Positions 52,721-64,000 of a stretch of 64,000 nt of DNA are shown in pieces. Position 1 is the stretch's first letter. Every line of letters starts with the position of its first letter. The stretch is from Phoronis australis (Eukaryota; Animalia; Phoronida), in contig NMRA01000023.1 in the NCBI GenBank assembly GCA_002633005.1, positions 1,270,396-1,334,395 of the forward strand. Reading direction: 5' to 3'. The notes under the pieces were generated by a model that saw nothing but the letters and a program-made list of their open reading frames with translations, did not search any database and had not been told where the DNA came from. The position numbers and the translations under genes are program-made.

Positions 52721-54559
52721 GGCCTACCACCAAACTTTTTCCCCGGGGGTGACTCGTATTGACAAGGTGTGCAAAAATTGCTGCTAGTCTCCCTATTGCG
52801 GGTGCCAGGTCTGCTAATTCCCACCTCCTTTTGTAGGGTAGAGTTTTTGCCTTTTGGGAACAGAATGGAAATTTAGAGGCCTATTGGACCCCTAGCGGGT
52901 CCCGCAAAACTTGCTGAAAACGTACCACCTACCCGCAACTTTCCACCTTGACGCCAGCTCCTGGCTGTGGCTGGAACATTTCCCATTTGACCTGTGGCTA
53001 CTCTTTAACAGCATCTCACGCTATGAAACCACGCAAGCGACCTCTGATTCCGCTGAAGGCAACCCTGGTTAAGGAAAAAAGCTAAATTTATTGTGGTATG
53101 CTCCTGTCCCCGGTTCATTTTGAAACCTATGCCTGGTGCCTACTTAACTAGGGATAAACTGCCAGCCCGCCCGCTCGTTCGCATCTGTCTTTCATTTTAG
53201 CAAAAAATTTTATCTCTTCTTCAAAAGCCTCGTCAACACTCCCAGCCTACTTTCTAAACGAAGTGGTTTGTTAACTCGGCCTCAATCGGTCATAATAACC
53301 TTGATTGGTTAAAAATAGGTTATATCCAATGCATCAAATGAATCAGCACCGGTCAGCGTCATAACAGCCAATCACGTGAATCAGTAACAAGGTGGTATAA
53401 TGATCGAGCTAAGGAAAAGCACGTGTAACTTTAGCTGAATAAAAAGGGTGAATTTTTACTTTTGAAAAAATGATCAAGTCAAAATGTTGCATTATTTTTC
53501 CGGAACATTTGCACACTCAGAGCCCGGGTTATTTTACCTAATCCTAGTTTGCACTTAAAGACCCTAGCATTAGGGCTAAAAATTCCTGTCGGAACTCGAA
53601 ATTTGGTGGATTCACTCGCGATTTGAGCTCGAATCTGGGGTCATCAGGTACAAACTTGGACTAGAATCTTATTTCCATCGACCATAATGTACTTGAGCAC
53701 ATAATGATCGACACTTATGTTGTTCTTGCAAAACGTGGAACGTAAAATGACAAAAAGAGATAATTACAGTTTTCCTCGAGTAAAAAGACTAGACCCCTGC
53801 CCAGAGCCAACGAACAACTAAAATGATACCCCTAACTCGGTCCCCAGTATTCGTGACGTATTCGGGACGAAGCCATCATGCCAGCCCCCGCAAAATACGA
53901 ATTGCGCACAAAAAAAAAAAAACAGCTCACGGACTCACACCAAATAATACGGCCCTGTAGATGAACAGTCTGTGGACCATGTTTACTCGTGCCAAAGCCG
54001 TACTTGCTGTCAGGTACCCAGGTTTGTTAGTAGGCCGAGCCCGGGAAGCCGTGCGTAAGACGTGTTTTGTAAGTATGAGGACGAATTCACGAGTCAGTGA
54101 ACTGAGTTTGACAGCGCGTTAGCCGTGTACTCAAGTCAGGAACTAGTGCTTCAGTTGAACCGTGTTGTTCGACTTGCTTCATTGAACAGTTCAGAGGACG
54201 TTGCAAAGACAAATCCTAATCGCGACATTGATCAGTGAGTGAACACAGCTTTCATACCAGCGAATGATCACCACTAGCTCTGATATTTTTGTTATGTTAA
54301 TTGATGTATGGATTACCCAGTGAAAAAACGACGTGCTTTCCCTGTTAAACAAGCGAGTCACAACTAGTAAGTAAATATACCCAGCATGTCGTGTTTTTGT
54401 GTTGAACTGTACACTTTTAATACGCAAATTATGATTTTTGTTGCTTGAGAGTCGTTTCAACATTTCTTTGGCCTAAATAACTTGCCTCAGGTCCCGCCGT
54501 TAAACTACCGACAATAGTAAAACTCCCACGGTCTCACACCAGCGGCGATATTGACGTTT

Positions 54560-54666
54560 TCCACCAATGCGCAGGAGGGCAGTGTCTACGCTCGAGTGAT
54601 CATTGCACCAGTAGTACTTGGGGTATACGGAACGATCGAGGCTGTCAGTGTTGGAAAAAGGTAAGT
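54560..54666 (+). promoter_or_regulatory. possible promoter and non-coding first exon of a downstream gene
   Basis: Locally CpG-richer region with CCAAT at ~54563 and a perfect AAG|GTAAGT donor at 54661. No coding exon was found downstream in the window. Confidence 0.25.
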
Positions 54667-56253
54667 CAATGAATTAGATTAACCGTTAATTAGTTTAAAA
54701 TGCGTTAATTAGAAATAATTTAATCACACTTCCCCCATGTTGACTGCCTTCGTTTATATGAGGGCCACATCTTAGTGAAATATCGATTTGAACGGAAAAT
54801 CATCCAATCTCGAAGGAGGAAGTGCTTTTACTTCCATTTTTGCTTTTATTCATCGTTTTAATTTGCGAATCAGCTAGCTACGAATTGCAACGATCGGGAA
54901 TACAAAAGTCAGATGAATGTGACGATTTGGAAATATGACGAAGTACGGTTGGCAAAACTTGTCAATTAGGCGCTTGGGGTGTCCTGCAAAAATTCAGTGA
55001 GCAACGAAATACTATCAATTCTCATGTGGTTCAAGCAGAAGGGATGAAGTAGAACGCCTTGATGTATAAATTATTTCACGGATTTTTGTAGGGTGTTTTA
55101 CTTATAAAGCCCCGTGCCTTAAGCGCCATCTCTGAAACTCATTCAGTTGACTTCGTAATGTTTTGGGTGGATGTTTTTGTTTATTTAACCAAAAGTTAGT
55201 GCTCTACTACTCGATACTATAAGGCTTGGACTGAATGGAGTTCATTTCTTGCTTCAAATGGACAATTCATTACCCGGCAAACTCGAATGTATTACAGTTT
55301 GAAGTTCCACGATTCCGGATTGACCCTAATAATTAGCGCTGCGTGGGACTTCAGGGCAATAAATAGCGTACGAAAGCTTTTAACCTGTTTGGCGAGGCTA
55401 AACAGTTGTGGATGGTAAAAACGCCAGGAATAAACTTGTTGCCCGTTCTAGTTTTATAATTAGCCTACAATTATTTTGCCGTTCATCATGTTTCTTTGAC
55501 GTTCGTGTGCACCCCGGGTTAAAAGGAACTTAACTGTCGTTTTCGTCTTGTAACAGACATTTTTTAAACTTCTCTTAGATAACTTACGTCTTTGAAACAA
55601 AAGACGGTTCTGTAACCTTTGTCAGCGCTCAAATGTTTGGAACAAGTTAAAAATTTGTAATCGTGACTAACACTTTTAGATGAATACTTGACACCTTTGG
55701 GGGCACCATGCTCCTCCTCGAACCTCACGATCCAAATAGTGCCGAGGGAAATGTATTAGCTAGATAAGGATTTTATCCTTCAAGGGAGTTGCATGACAAG
55801 ACCAGGTGTGAGGTGAGATCAACTCCACAAAACCGTGTTTAACATCTTTTTAGGAAAACGTAAGTGGTATTTAATGTGCCTAGCTGGTCCATATAATGAG
55901 ACTTACAGTACATTTAGTTTTGGTGTTCAGAAACTTAAACCCAGCTAAGAGTAGACTTGATGGCCAAGCGAGGTTAGTATTTCGCATGTCACACATTCGA
56001 AATAGGACATTTCGTCAAACTCTGCAAATTATATACGTACATGTTTACGAAGCGGTGTTAGAAATCATCATTTCAGTCATAAAAATCAATTTCTTCGGAA
56101 CATTCATCAGTACGTAAAGCAATATGCGAAACTTCAGAATAGCAAGAATCGCCTAGAGCACATATAAACGATTTTTCAATGGGACTCGTATCTGTTGAAA
56201 GCACATGTCCTGTTATACATTTTTTCGTAAAAGACCTTGCCAAAATTTACATA

Positions 56254-56420
56254 AGATTCTACTGTGATCTGGCCCGGAGGGTCTAAGATTCTACTGCGAT
56301 CTGGCCCGGGGGGTCTACTGTGATCTGGCCGGGGAATCTAAGATTCTACTGCGATCTGGTTCGGGGGGGAGGGGGGGCTGAGATTACTGTGATCTGGGCC
56401 CGGCGGGGGTCTGAGACTCT
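56254..56420. repeat. ~30-bp minisatellite (taagattctactgtgatctggcccggggggtc)
   Basis: About 5 imperfect tandem copies. Confidence 0.85.
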
Positions 56421-56549
56421 AATATTATCTGGGCCCGCGGGGCTAACTTTTGTACTCGAACTCGAACTCCTTTTTTACATTTTACGTCTTGGTGTAACAC
56501 TACAAGATATATGTATGTAATTCTATGTTCGAGTATTTTTGCCAACATA

Positions 56550-56790
56550 ATGCGTGCTGAGGCCCTTGTTCAAAACATCATGCATTCTTAAAATTGAGGA
56601 TTTATACATGGCTGTTGTTATCAAATTCTTTTATAATTACGTTAACAACACTTGTGCTACCAAAATATTTCTATACTTTCAATTTTGGTCCCCGTTTCAG
56701 CATTCACCGCCAGCATTACACCATACCAGGCAANGGGCAATTGAAGACGATTTTTTTACGAACCGATTGCACAAAATATAAAACGTGTAA
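56550..56790 (+). mobile_element. L2/Crack-type LINE ORF2 C-terminal fragment
   Basis: PLFKTSCILKIEDLY...KFFYNYVNN/LPKYF...HHTR, frameshifted; contains an N at 56734. Confidence 0.65.
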
Positions 56791-59700
56791 TAAGCATTAC
56801 AAAAAGAAGTAGGTTTCGCTCGCAAACGCTGTGGACCATAAACAAGTAGGTCTCTTAGTATCAAATTAGGAGTTAAATCGTGGTGATGTACTGGTAAAGC
56901 ACGCGCTATATCTCTAGGTCGTGAGTTCGAGTCTGTGGTACTTGTAGTTTTCCGTGTTTTTTTTTTTGCCTTTTTTCCTTGGATAATACTTCAGGAATCA
57001 AGGAGAATGCTTGATTTTAGAGGAAAAAACATAATAATTTCCTGGGCGGGAGGGGGGAAACCTACCCCCATTCGGTGCTATACGCATCTACAATTGTGCT
57101 TTGCGCAAATGCTTACAGACAAAATGTTGCCCCCCTTGTGATATCCTAGATCCGCCACTACTGTTGTTGTTTAGTTTCTTCCGCCAGAGTTCCTGCCGCG
57201 ATGGGCAGCCCTGTCCTGGCTCCCTGGCGCTCCCTCATTTTACTTCATTGGTTAGGAACTCAACACAAGAGCACATTTTTGCAATAAAACTCTACAAAAA
57301 GACTGTAATTAGTAATACAATAAGCTTAAATGATAACAGACATGAAGTGTTTATAGAATTCCGTGACAAGCTTTTTGTTGGCGTTAAAACGCAAAGGTGT
57401 GAGTTCACAGGAAAATACCTTTTAATTATACAACGCTCTAAGGAAGCGAACAGCCATTGGAATGACTGGCTAACAGGAAAGATATTCGAACTCTCCAGTG
57501 GTACTCTAGGTCAAAAATAGTGGGACAACCCGGGGGGATTGTTTGGCGCTACTCTATTAATGCTGCCTTTTTCTGAGTTGTGAATAGCCGCTCTGTGTCT
57601 GACAAATTTTGGAATGTTTTGTATCCGTTCTTTTTCAAATTTTGTTTTGTTAGGCATATAGTGTCTGTGAATAAGTATTAATTTTACAGTATTCGTCTCG
57701 CATCCTACCACAGTCTTCAGGTACGGCGTCGCATTCCCGTAAAAATATTCTGCCAAGGTAAAACGCTCCTCGCCCGCCGTGCTAAAGTACTTGAGTAAGA
57801 TGTACCGTAACCATTCGTTTTGCTGGATGGGTCTTCAGCCCAGCGCCAGTTCTTTTATTGATTTACTTTCAACCGAGTGGTTACTTTTTGCTAATATTAC
57901 TCTCTTTGCATGTTTTCATTTGTAAATATCTCCGTTCGTTAAATGTATGAGTGCCAAGTTAAGTACTATAAAACTGGAGTCCCGTGCTCCTGGAGATTGG
58001 TCTTCATAGTAACAGATACTCAGACGTAACAGCGAAGGGAATTTACGGTAAACAGGTCCACGCGTAAATAGGCCGTTGCCGTCACGAAATTAAAGATTTC
58101 TATAAATTTGTGAATTGGTCAAGCAGAAGTGTAATATTCCGTTGAAGTAGCTTGTGTAAAGCGGTAGTGTTGAGTCCATCATTAGTATCGAGTCTACAGT
58201 TTCGATAACATCTGCTATGGGAATCATAACAGGTTTCTTTTAAAAATGCCGTTACAACGTTTCCAGGGGCTATTTAAACGAGATTGTCATCCTGTTCAGA
58301 TAAAATAGGTATTCTCTGAGTAATATTACATTAGTTTGACGTTATGCTTTAGGTTGCAATGAGTCACGTAACTCGACCTGCCTTCCATCTCAACCAACAG
58401 CTTGCAGCCTACTCAATGGAAAAATATAACACTCTGTGTACTGTATCAGCTTCCGGAAGTAACATTAATCGAATGTTATCGTGAAAAGCGTTGTCTTTTC
58501 ATTTCTATTTACATGGTATACCCCAACATGTTGCAATTATATATATTATGTGAATTTTAAAGAGACAGATTGCCTAGGACTTTCATAATGCGTTTATGAA
58601 TATAAGTTAGTTTTTATTGTTAGATGTTTTAATTAAAATTACTAATTAGCTGTGTTTGAATGAGCTTAAGCAGACGTCGTTTTCGATTTTTCGGGCATAC
58701 CGTGGTATTTGACTAAAAGGCAAAATTCATTTTAAATTCTATTTTAGTTTCGAATTCAACGAAACATTTTGTAATTGTAAATTTGCGGCATAATAAACCA
58801 GAAGATTGAGAGAATAAAACGGAAAATGATCTGAAACTGAACACGGGCAGAAGATGCCATCTCACTAACTGATTCCCGTGTCATGCACTTTAAGGTTCAT
58901 TGAGAGAGCGAATCTGTTTAACGTCACAGCCGGCAAGTCCAAGCTTCATGAATTCAATCTATTTGAGACTCCGCGAGGGAAGAAATATAAAAAATTCTGT
59001 ATGTTTTAGTACTAAATGACCACTAAGTCCTGTTTTGGTGATTTCACCCGAAACTGGTTCCGTGACCACCAATACTGAACTAATAGCACTCCTGGAAGAT
59101 AAAAGTATAATTCAGCTAAATCAGTTCATTCTGGTTCTGTAAATGGATCCACGTGGATGTGTTATCCTAACGGCAGTTGATTAGCTCGCCTAAGGCGTTT
59201 GCCACGCTAGTGGATTTCACACACTTTATCAGGAATTTTCAAACAAATACTACAGACCATTGTTAAAGCGTAATAATTATCTATTGTAATTCAAATTTGC
59301 ATCTTTCACGCAACTTAAAAGATATGCTATGATAAAAAATGATTTCATCCTCAAGCTCATAACGAGGCCGGCATTGAAAGGGCGAAAAAAGTCATTGTAC
59401 ACGTACGCAATTTAGAAGTGCTCAGAGTACAAGCCGCTTGCTTGGCAAGAGCTGTAGCTCGTGCGCTCTGACGCTAACCCTATCTCAGGCATTACGTAGC
59501 AGGGTAGTTTAGGGGCACTTAAGTCGGGTAAAGAAACTTGCCTTGATTTGAGTGAATGTCTGGCAGACAACGGTGAGAAATGGATATTTATAATCAAATC
59601 ACAAAAAAATAACGGGAATTGTTGTTTTATAACTCAGGTCAAAGCTTATACTTTCGTTATGTCTATTCCATTCATCAACAATCTGCAGAAAAACGTTTTT

Positions 59701-62547
59701 CGGTAGTCCCTGTAAAATGGAGTGTCAAAATGCCATGGATGTTGATAACTTTGGCCAGGCCTTCCACAAGATGACCACCTTTATTATTTACTGCAGATGA
59801 TCTCTCGATATGTTGATGCCAGTTAGAAACCAACTGTTTTCATGTTAAGGATATTTTAGACTGGTTTGTCAGACTTAATCATCTTGTTTCTTGATTTTCG
59901 TGCTAAGGCCGAAAGTGGGAGGAAATGACAGATCGTAAAATCTGTGTCCATCATCTTTAAGTCATGATTTACTTAACACGCGGCTGATAACGTGGATACA
60001 GGAATTTTGCAAGCATTAGCTTTCTGACGGTTTCTTGTAACAAACACAAGCAACTTTGTCAATCTAATTTGTACTTCTCACGTGACAGATATTAACTTTA
60101 TAATGGTCGTCAAACTCTTCCCAATATATACTTATTCAGTGCGGGCGGATATAAATCAACACTAAACGTGCACATGGACTTGTGATTTTCGATTGAATGC
60201 GAATGAAACATAAAGAAATCGCATGAAATTCTATAAACTTTTAACTAACGAATCTCTAAATCTCTCTCAGTTAAGGGTTGACCCAAATATCAATGCGTTA
60301 GCTGAGCTCCGTAGATCATAAGGCTGCACCGAATGTCAATGTGTTGGCTGATCTCCGTTAATCATAAGCCTGCACCGAATGCTCCATAAATCACTAAGCC
60401 TGCACTTGCGCCGAAAAAATCTTTCTTTGTCTATAACGGAAACACTGAGTCTAATCCCACAATTCAACACTCAATCTTGCCGTTTCACTAGGATATACCA
60501 GTTAGTTCCCGAGTATACTTACAAAACACTAGCCTTTATCACTCGAGTGGTTTTGCGAGATCTTGCGAGTTCTTTCTTTTTTCGCAGGAAATGCAGTCTT
60601 AGAAACGCTCTCCACTCAGGTTAGAGTTTAGTAACGCTATAGACCTCCTAGAAAAGCAAGACTTTACGAGATTACGCGAGATATTGTCGTGTATTTCAAA
60701 CAGAGACCGTAGAGAGGTTTCAAATTAGAGCACGTAATTTAGGCTACATTTTTCTCTCCGCTAGACAGCTACTGGACTCTACCTCGGATTACGTAGTCAT
60801 GCAGTGGAGCCGCGGGACTCGCGATGCTGAGTGAACATCAAGCAGCATCTTTATTTGATCTTTACTTAATAATGTCGCAAAAAAGTAAAAGAGTTTGCGA
60901 TCGAAAAAAGTGAACTGCATGTGGTTTGGAGAACCCTCGCAACTATAATGCGGTGGGTAGAGCCACACAGCGTAAAACTGTCAGGTACATCTATGCTTGA
61001 CTAACAGGGTTGACGTCAAAGCCAGTGCTCAATCAATTAAAAGAAGTAAATAAATCAAACAAAAACACCACCGGCGTGTTACCAAAAATGGATACTCTTG
61101 GCCAGGGGACCGACAAGGGCGCACTTGTGGAATTGCGGGTAGGACCCGAGGCCAGACGCTCACACGTCTATTATTTAGACATGCACACACTACCTTGGCT
61201 ACGGAAATTCTTTGACTGTCTCATTGATTTGGACTCGACCGCAGTATATTGAACGAATTTGATGACAAAGTTCTTTGATTTGGCATTGCGATTTTTGTGG
61301 AACACGTGCGACCAGAACAGAGAACGATTCCTTCAAAATCCAGGTACGCTTAGTAAGATCTGTGAAGGTTGGACAATCCAAATATCTTTGAAAACCGTTG
61401 CTCGACGAAACGTCGTGTGAAGCCATCTAATGTGGGCAACTGTTTTCTGACTGGTTCAAATAGCATTCGGGCTGAACTCTAATACAAATCATGGTCGTCA
61501 ATGTCACTTTAAACTAAGAAAAAGATTCTGGCAAGCAAATAGTGCTAGTAATAGGAATAGTAATTATTTGTACATGTCTTAGAGTGATATCAGTAGACAG
61601 CCGCAGGAAATAGCTAATGCGTGTTCTATAAACGCTACTTCACGTGTCGGTGTGTTACTGATACACTATATCTTAACTGATTCTAATGCTACGCCATTTC
61701 GGGATTATGTTTGAATAATTGCATCTACTTTCAATGAACAGAAATCAGTTATTTGTACAAAAACGATGGGAGTCATTGAAATCATTAGAACAAAGACTCG
61801 GTTTTGTTATCCAGTAAACTTCATTGATTTTGCCAATACGACTGTCGGTAAAAATGTGTTTTTGTTGAAACCTAATAGACCAGATCACCTTTTATAAAGT
61901 AATGGAACTACGTGAAAAAAATCTTTATTGACCTCATAAACATTCTTTTGAAAGATTCTCATGTAAATAAAATAATGGATTTTCTCCAACACTACTGAGG
62001 TCTGTATCATATCTGTATAAGTCATCATATGTACATCTCGCATTGCGGATGTGCCTTATATCTTACCGTGTAGAAATTTTACAAAACGCACGTTAGTTGC
62101 TGTTAAGGTGGGTGTTGTGGCAGATATTGACGTCACAATTCAGGAATATGTAACAGAAATGCAACGGAAATATTGAAATGACATGCTGAATATTGGACTA
62201 TCATTTAGGTTTCATATTTTAAAGTTTATTGCGAAAACCACAAGATTCTGTAATTAGAGTTAAGCACAGAAAGCGCTAGAAGCCAACATATCTGGGTTTA
62301 ACAGATGTGTTGTTGTTCTACGATTTTTCTCGATCCGCGAGGGCTCCGGAACTTTTGCGATATTTTGGTAGCTACTCCAGGTGCTTCCGAAGGTTCTGTG
62401 TTCAAGGAATGAGAATTTGTTGGTCGGCACATGTTTCAAGACTCAGTAGTTTCCAAAGGAACAAAAGCCACTCAGAAAAATTGAATGAAAATTTGAGTTT
62501 AAATAGCAACCCCTTGCTACTATAACTGACAAAAACTCACATTGACG

Positions 62548-63050
62548 TGTATTAAGATGTCTATGGGCTCACGCATAGACATTATGAATATTGAGATGTC
62601 TATGGGCTCACGCATAGACATTATGAATATTGAGATGTCTATGGGGTCACCCATAGACAACGTGAGTATTGAGATGTCTATGGGGTCACGCATAGACAAC
62701 ATGCATTGGAGTATTGAGATGTCTATGGGGTCACGCGTAGACAACGTGAGTATTGAGATGTCTAAGGGCTCACGGATAGACAACATGGGTATTGAGATGT
62801 CTTTGGGCTCACGCATAGAGAACGTGAGTATTGAGACGTCTATGGGCTCATGCATAGACAACATGCATTGGAGTATTGAGATGTCTATGGGGTCACGCGT
62901 AGACAACGTGAGTATTGAGATGTCTAAGGGCTCACGGATAGACAACATGGGTATCGAGATGTCTTTGGGCTCACGCATAGAGAACGTGAGTATTGAGACG
63001 TCTATCACGCATAGACAACGTGAGTATTGAGATGTCTACGGGATCACGCT
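62548..63050. repeat. 39-bp (occasionally 45-bp) hairpin-containing minisatellite
   Basis: About 12 units of gtattgagatGTCTATGggctcacgCATAGACaacgtga; unit lengths are multiples of 3. Confidence 0.95.
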
Positions 63051-63464
63051 TATTTTTTACGAAAACTAATAATCTTCTTGTAATCGTGAATCTGTCACAG
63101 TTCTGGTGTTCTCAAAGGCGAAGGCTACAAACTACTTATAAGTTTTGCTTGACTTCATTTTGCTCGCTCTCAATAAACCCGCGCCTACTGCAAAAATTAA
63201 CTTTTGTTTAAACTATAGGCAAGAGGTTCACGGGGTCTGGAGCTCCCCTCCTTCTAGGAATGCGAGTAGTAAAAACACCAGCAGCATGTCAATGAGCTGT
63301 AGGGCTTACACGGACATTTCCTTCAAATAACTCTGGTTTCTCCTTCCCCTCAATTACGTCTGGATCCACTAATGTAAACCACATACTTTCAAATGAATTC
63401 TTATTCTGGTCGTCTATAGAAGTGACTTGTGGACTTGGGAAGAACTTAGGATGCGCATCGCATC

Positions 63465-63675
63465 AGTGAAATGGACACCCGTCACCCGTGCCAAGCCGCA
63501 TGCGCAGAGCATCAATGAAATGGTCTCCTGTCACCTATGCCAAGCCAAATTACTTAGCATGCGCACAGAATCAGTAAATGGCCACCCGTCACCTATACCA
63601 AGCCAAGTTACTTAACATACGCAAAGCATCATTAAAATGGCCGCCCGTCACCTATGCTAAGCCAAGTTACTTACA
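63465..63675. repeat. ~60-bp tandem repeat
   Basis: aaatgg....ccgtcacctatgccaagccaa.ttactta.cat.cgca repeated about four times. Confidence 0.8.
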
Positions 63676-64000
63676 TGTAGCTTAATATCAAGCAATAAGC
63701 AACTGTTAAGCTCATAAATCATTTATCTGCAAAAAAGCTATCTCCCTATCATAACAGTGGTTTTTAAACGCGTATTATTTTTTAAAGCTATTTTAAACCA
63801 GCCCTCCATCAAGAACACACGTTTGATTTTGGCCAATCACGGCTACGAAATTGATCTCAAATTGTTCCTTAGTCAATTTGGGAGTTACTAGATGATTTCG
63901 AAAGAACTGGCAGTTCGTTATTGCTTAAGTCCAAGCTTTACAAGTTGACTTGTCACGGCGTGTCATTTTGTTTGCCAAGGACAGTCTCAATAATAAACTC

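Noticed and set aside
56878-56935. Second tRNA-like sequence (GGTGATGTACTGG...GAGTTCGAGTC)
   Set aside because: Only degenerate A/B boxes with no cloverleaf; probably a SINE or repeat head.
62520-63030. 162-aa repetitive ORFs on both strands; superficially CRISPR-like palindromic repeats
   Set aside because: These come from a 39-bp minisatellite with no unique spacers and no cas genes, in a eukaryotic context.

Overview
This is AT-rich, repeat-dense eukaryotic DNA that looks animal, probably an invertebrate. It is not prokaryotic, and almost all of the supplied ORFs are spurious. One intact protein-coding gene can be assembled by hand: BDH2/DHRS6 on the + strand, with 8 coding exons from 25666 to 40159, all introns GT-AG, giving 744 nt (247 aa plus stop). 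The first ~14.4 kb is a degenerate array of a ~2.15-kb unit, interrupted by a Helentron-type HINE, a Helitron-like insert and an L2/Crack LINE 3' end. The rest holds LINE remnants (RTE, RTE-X-like, L2/Crack), a hAT transposase remnant, Kolobok-like TTAA elements with a decayed THAP domain, several MITEs and minisatellites. Two structures stand out. (i) A CAC...GTG element with long TIRs and an intact 5-bp TSD (Transib/RAG-like signature) sits in a BDH2 intron. (ii) Two copies of a hairpin + tRNA-like element sit in the same minisatellite, with the core flipped relative to the hairpin between copies, suggesting a Crypton/tyrosine-recombinase-type invertible cassette. All family assignments come from motif recognition by eye; no database searches were run.
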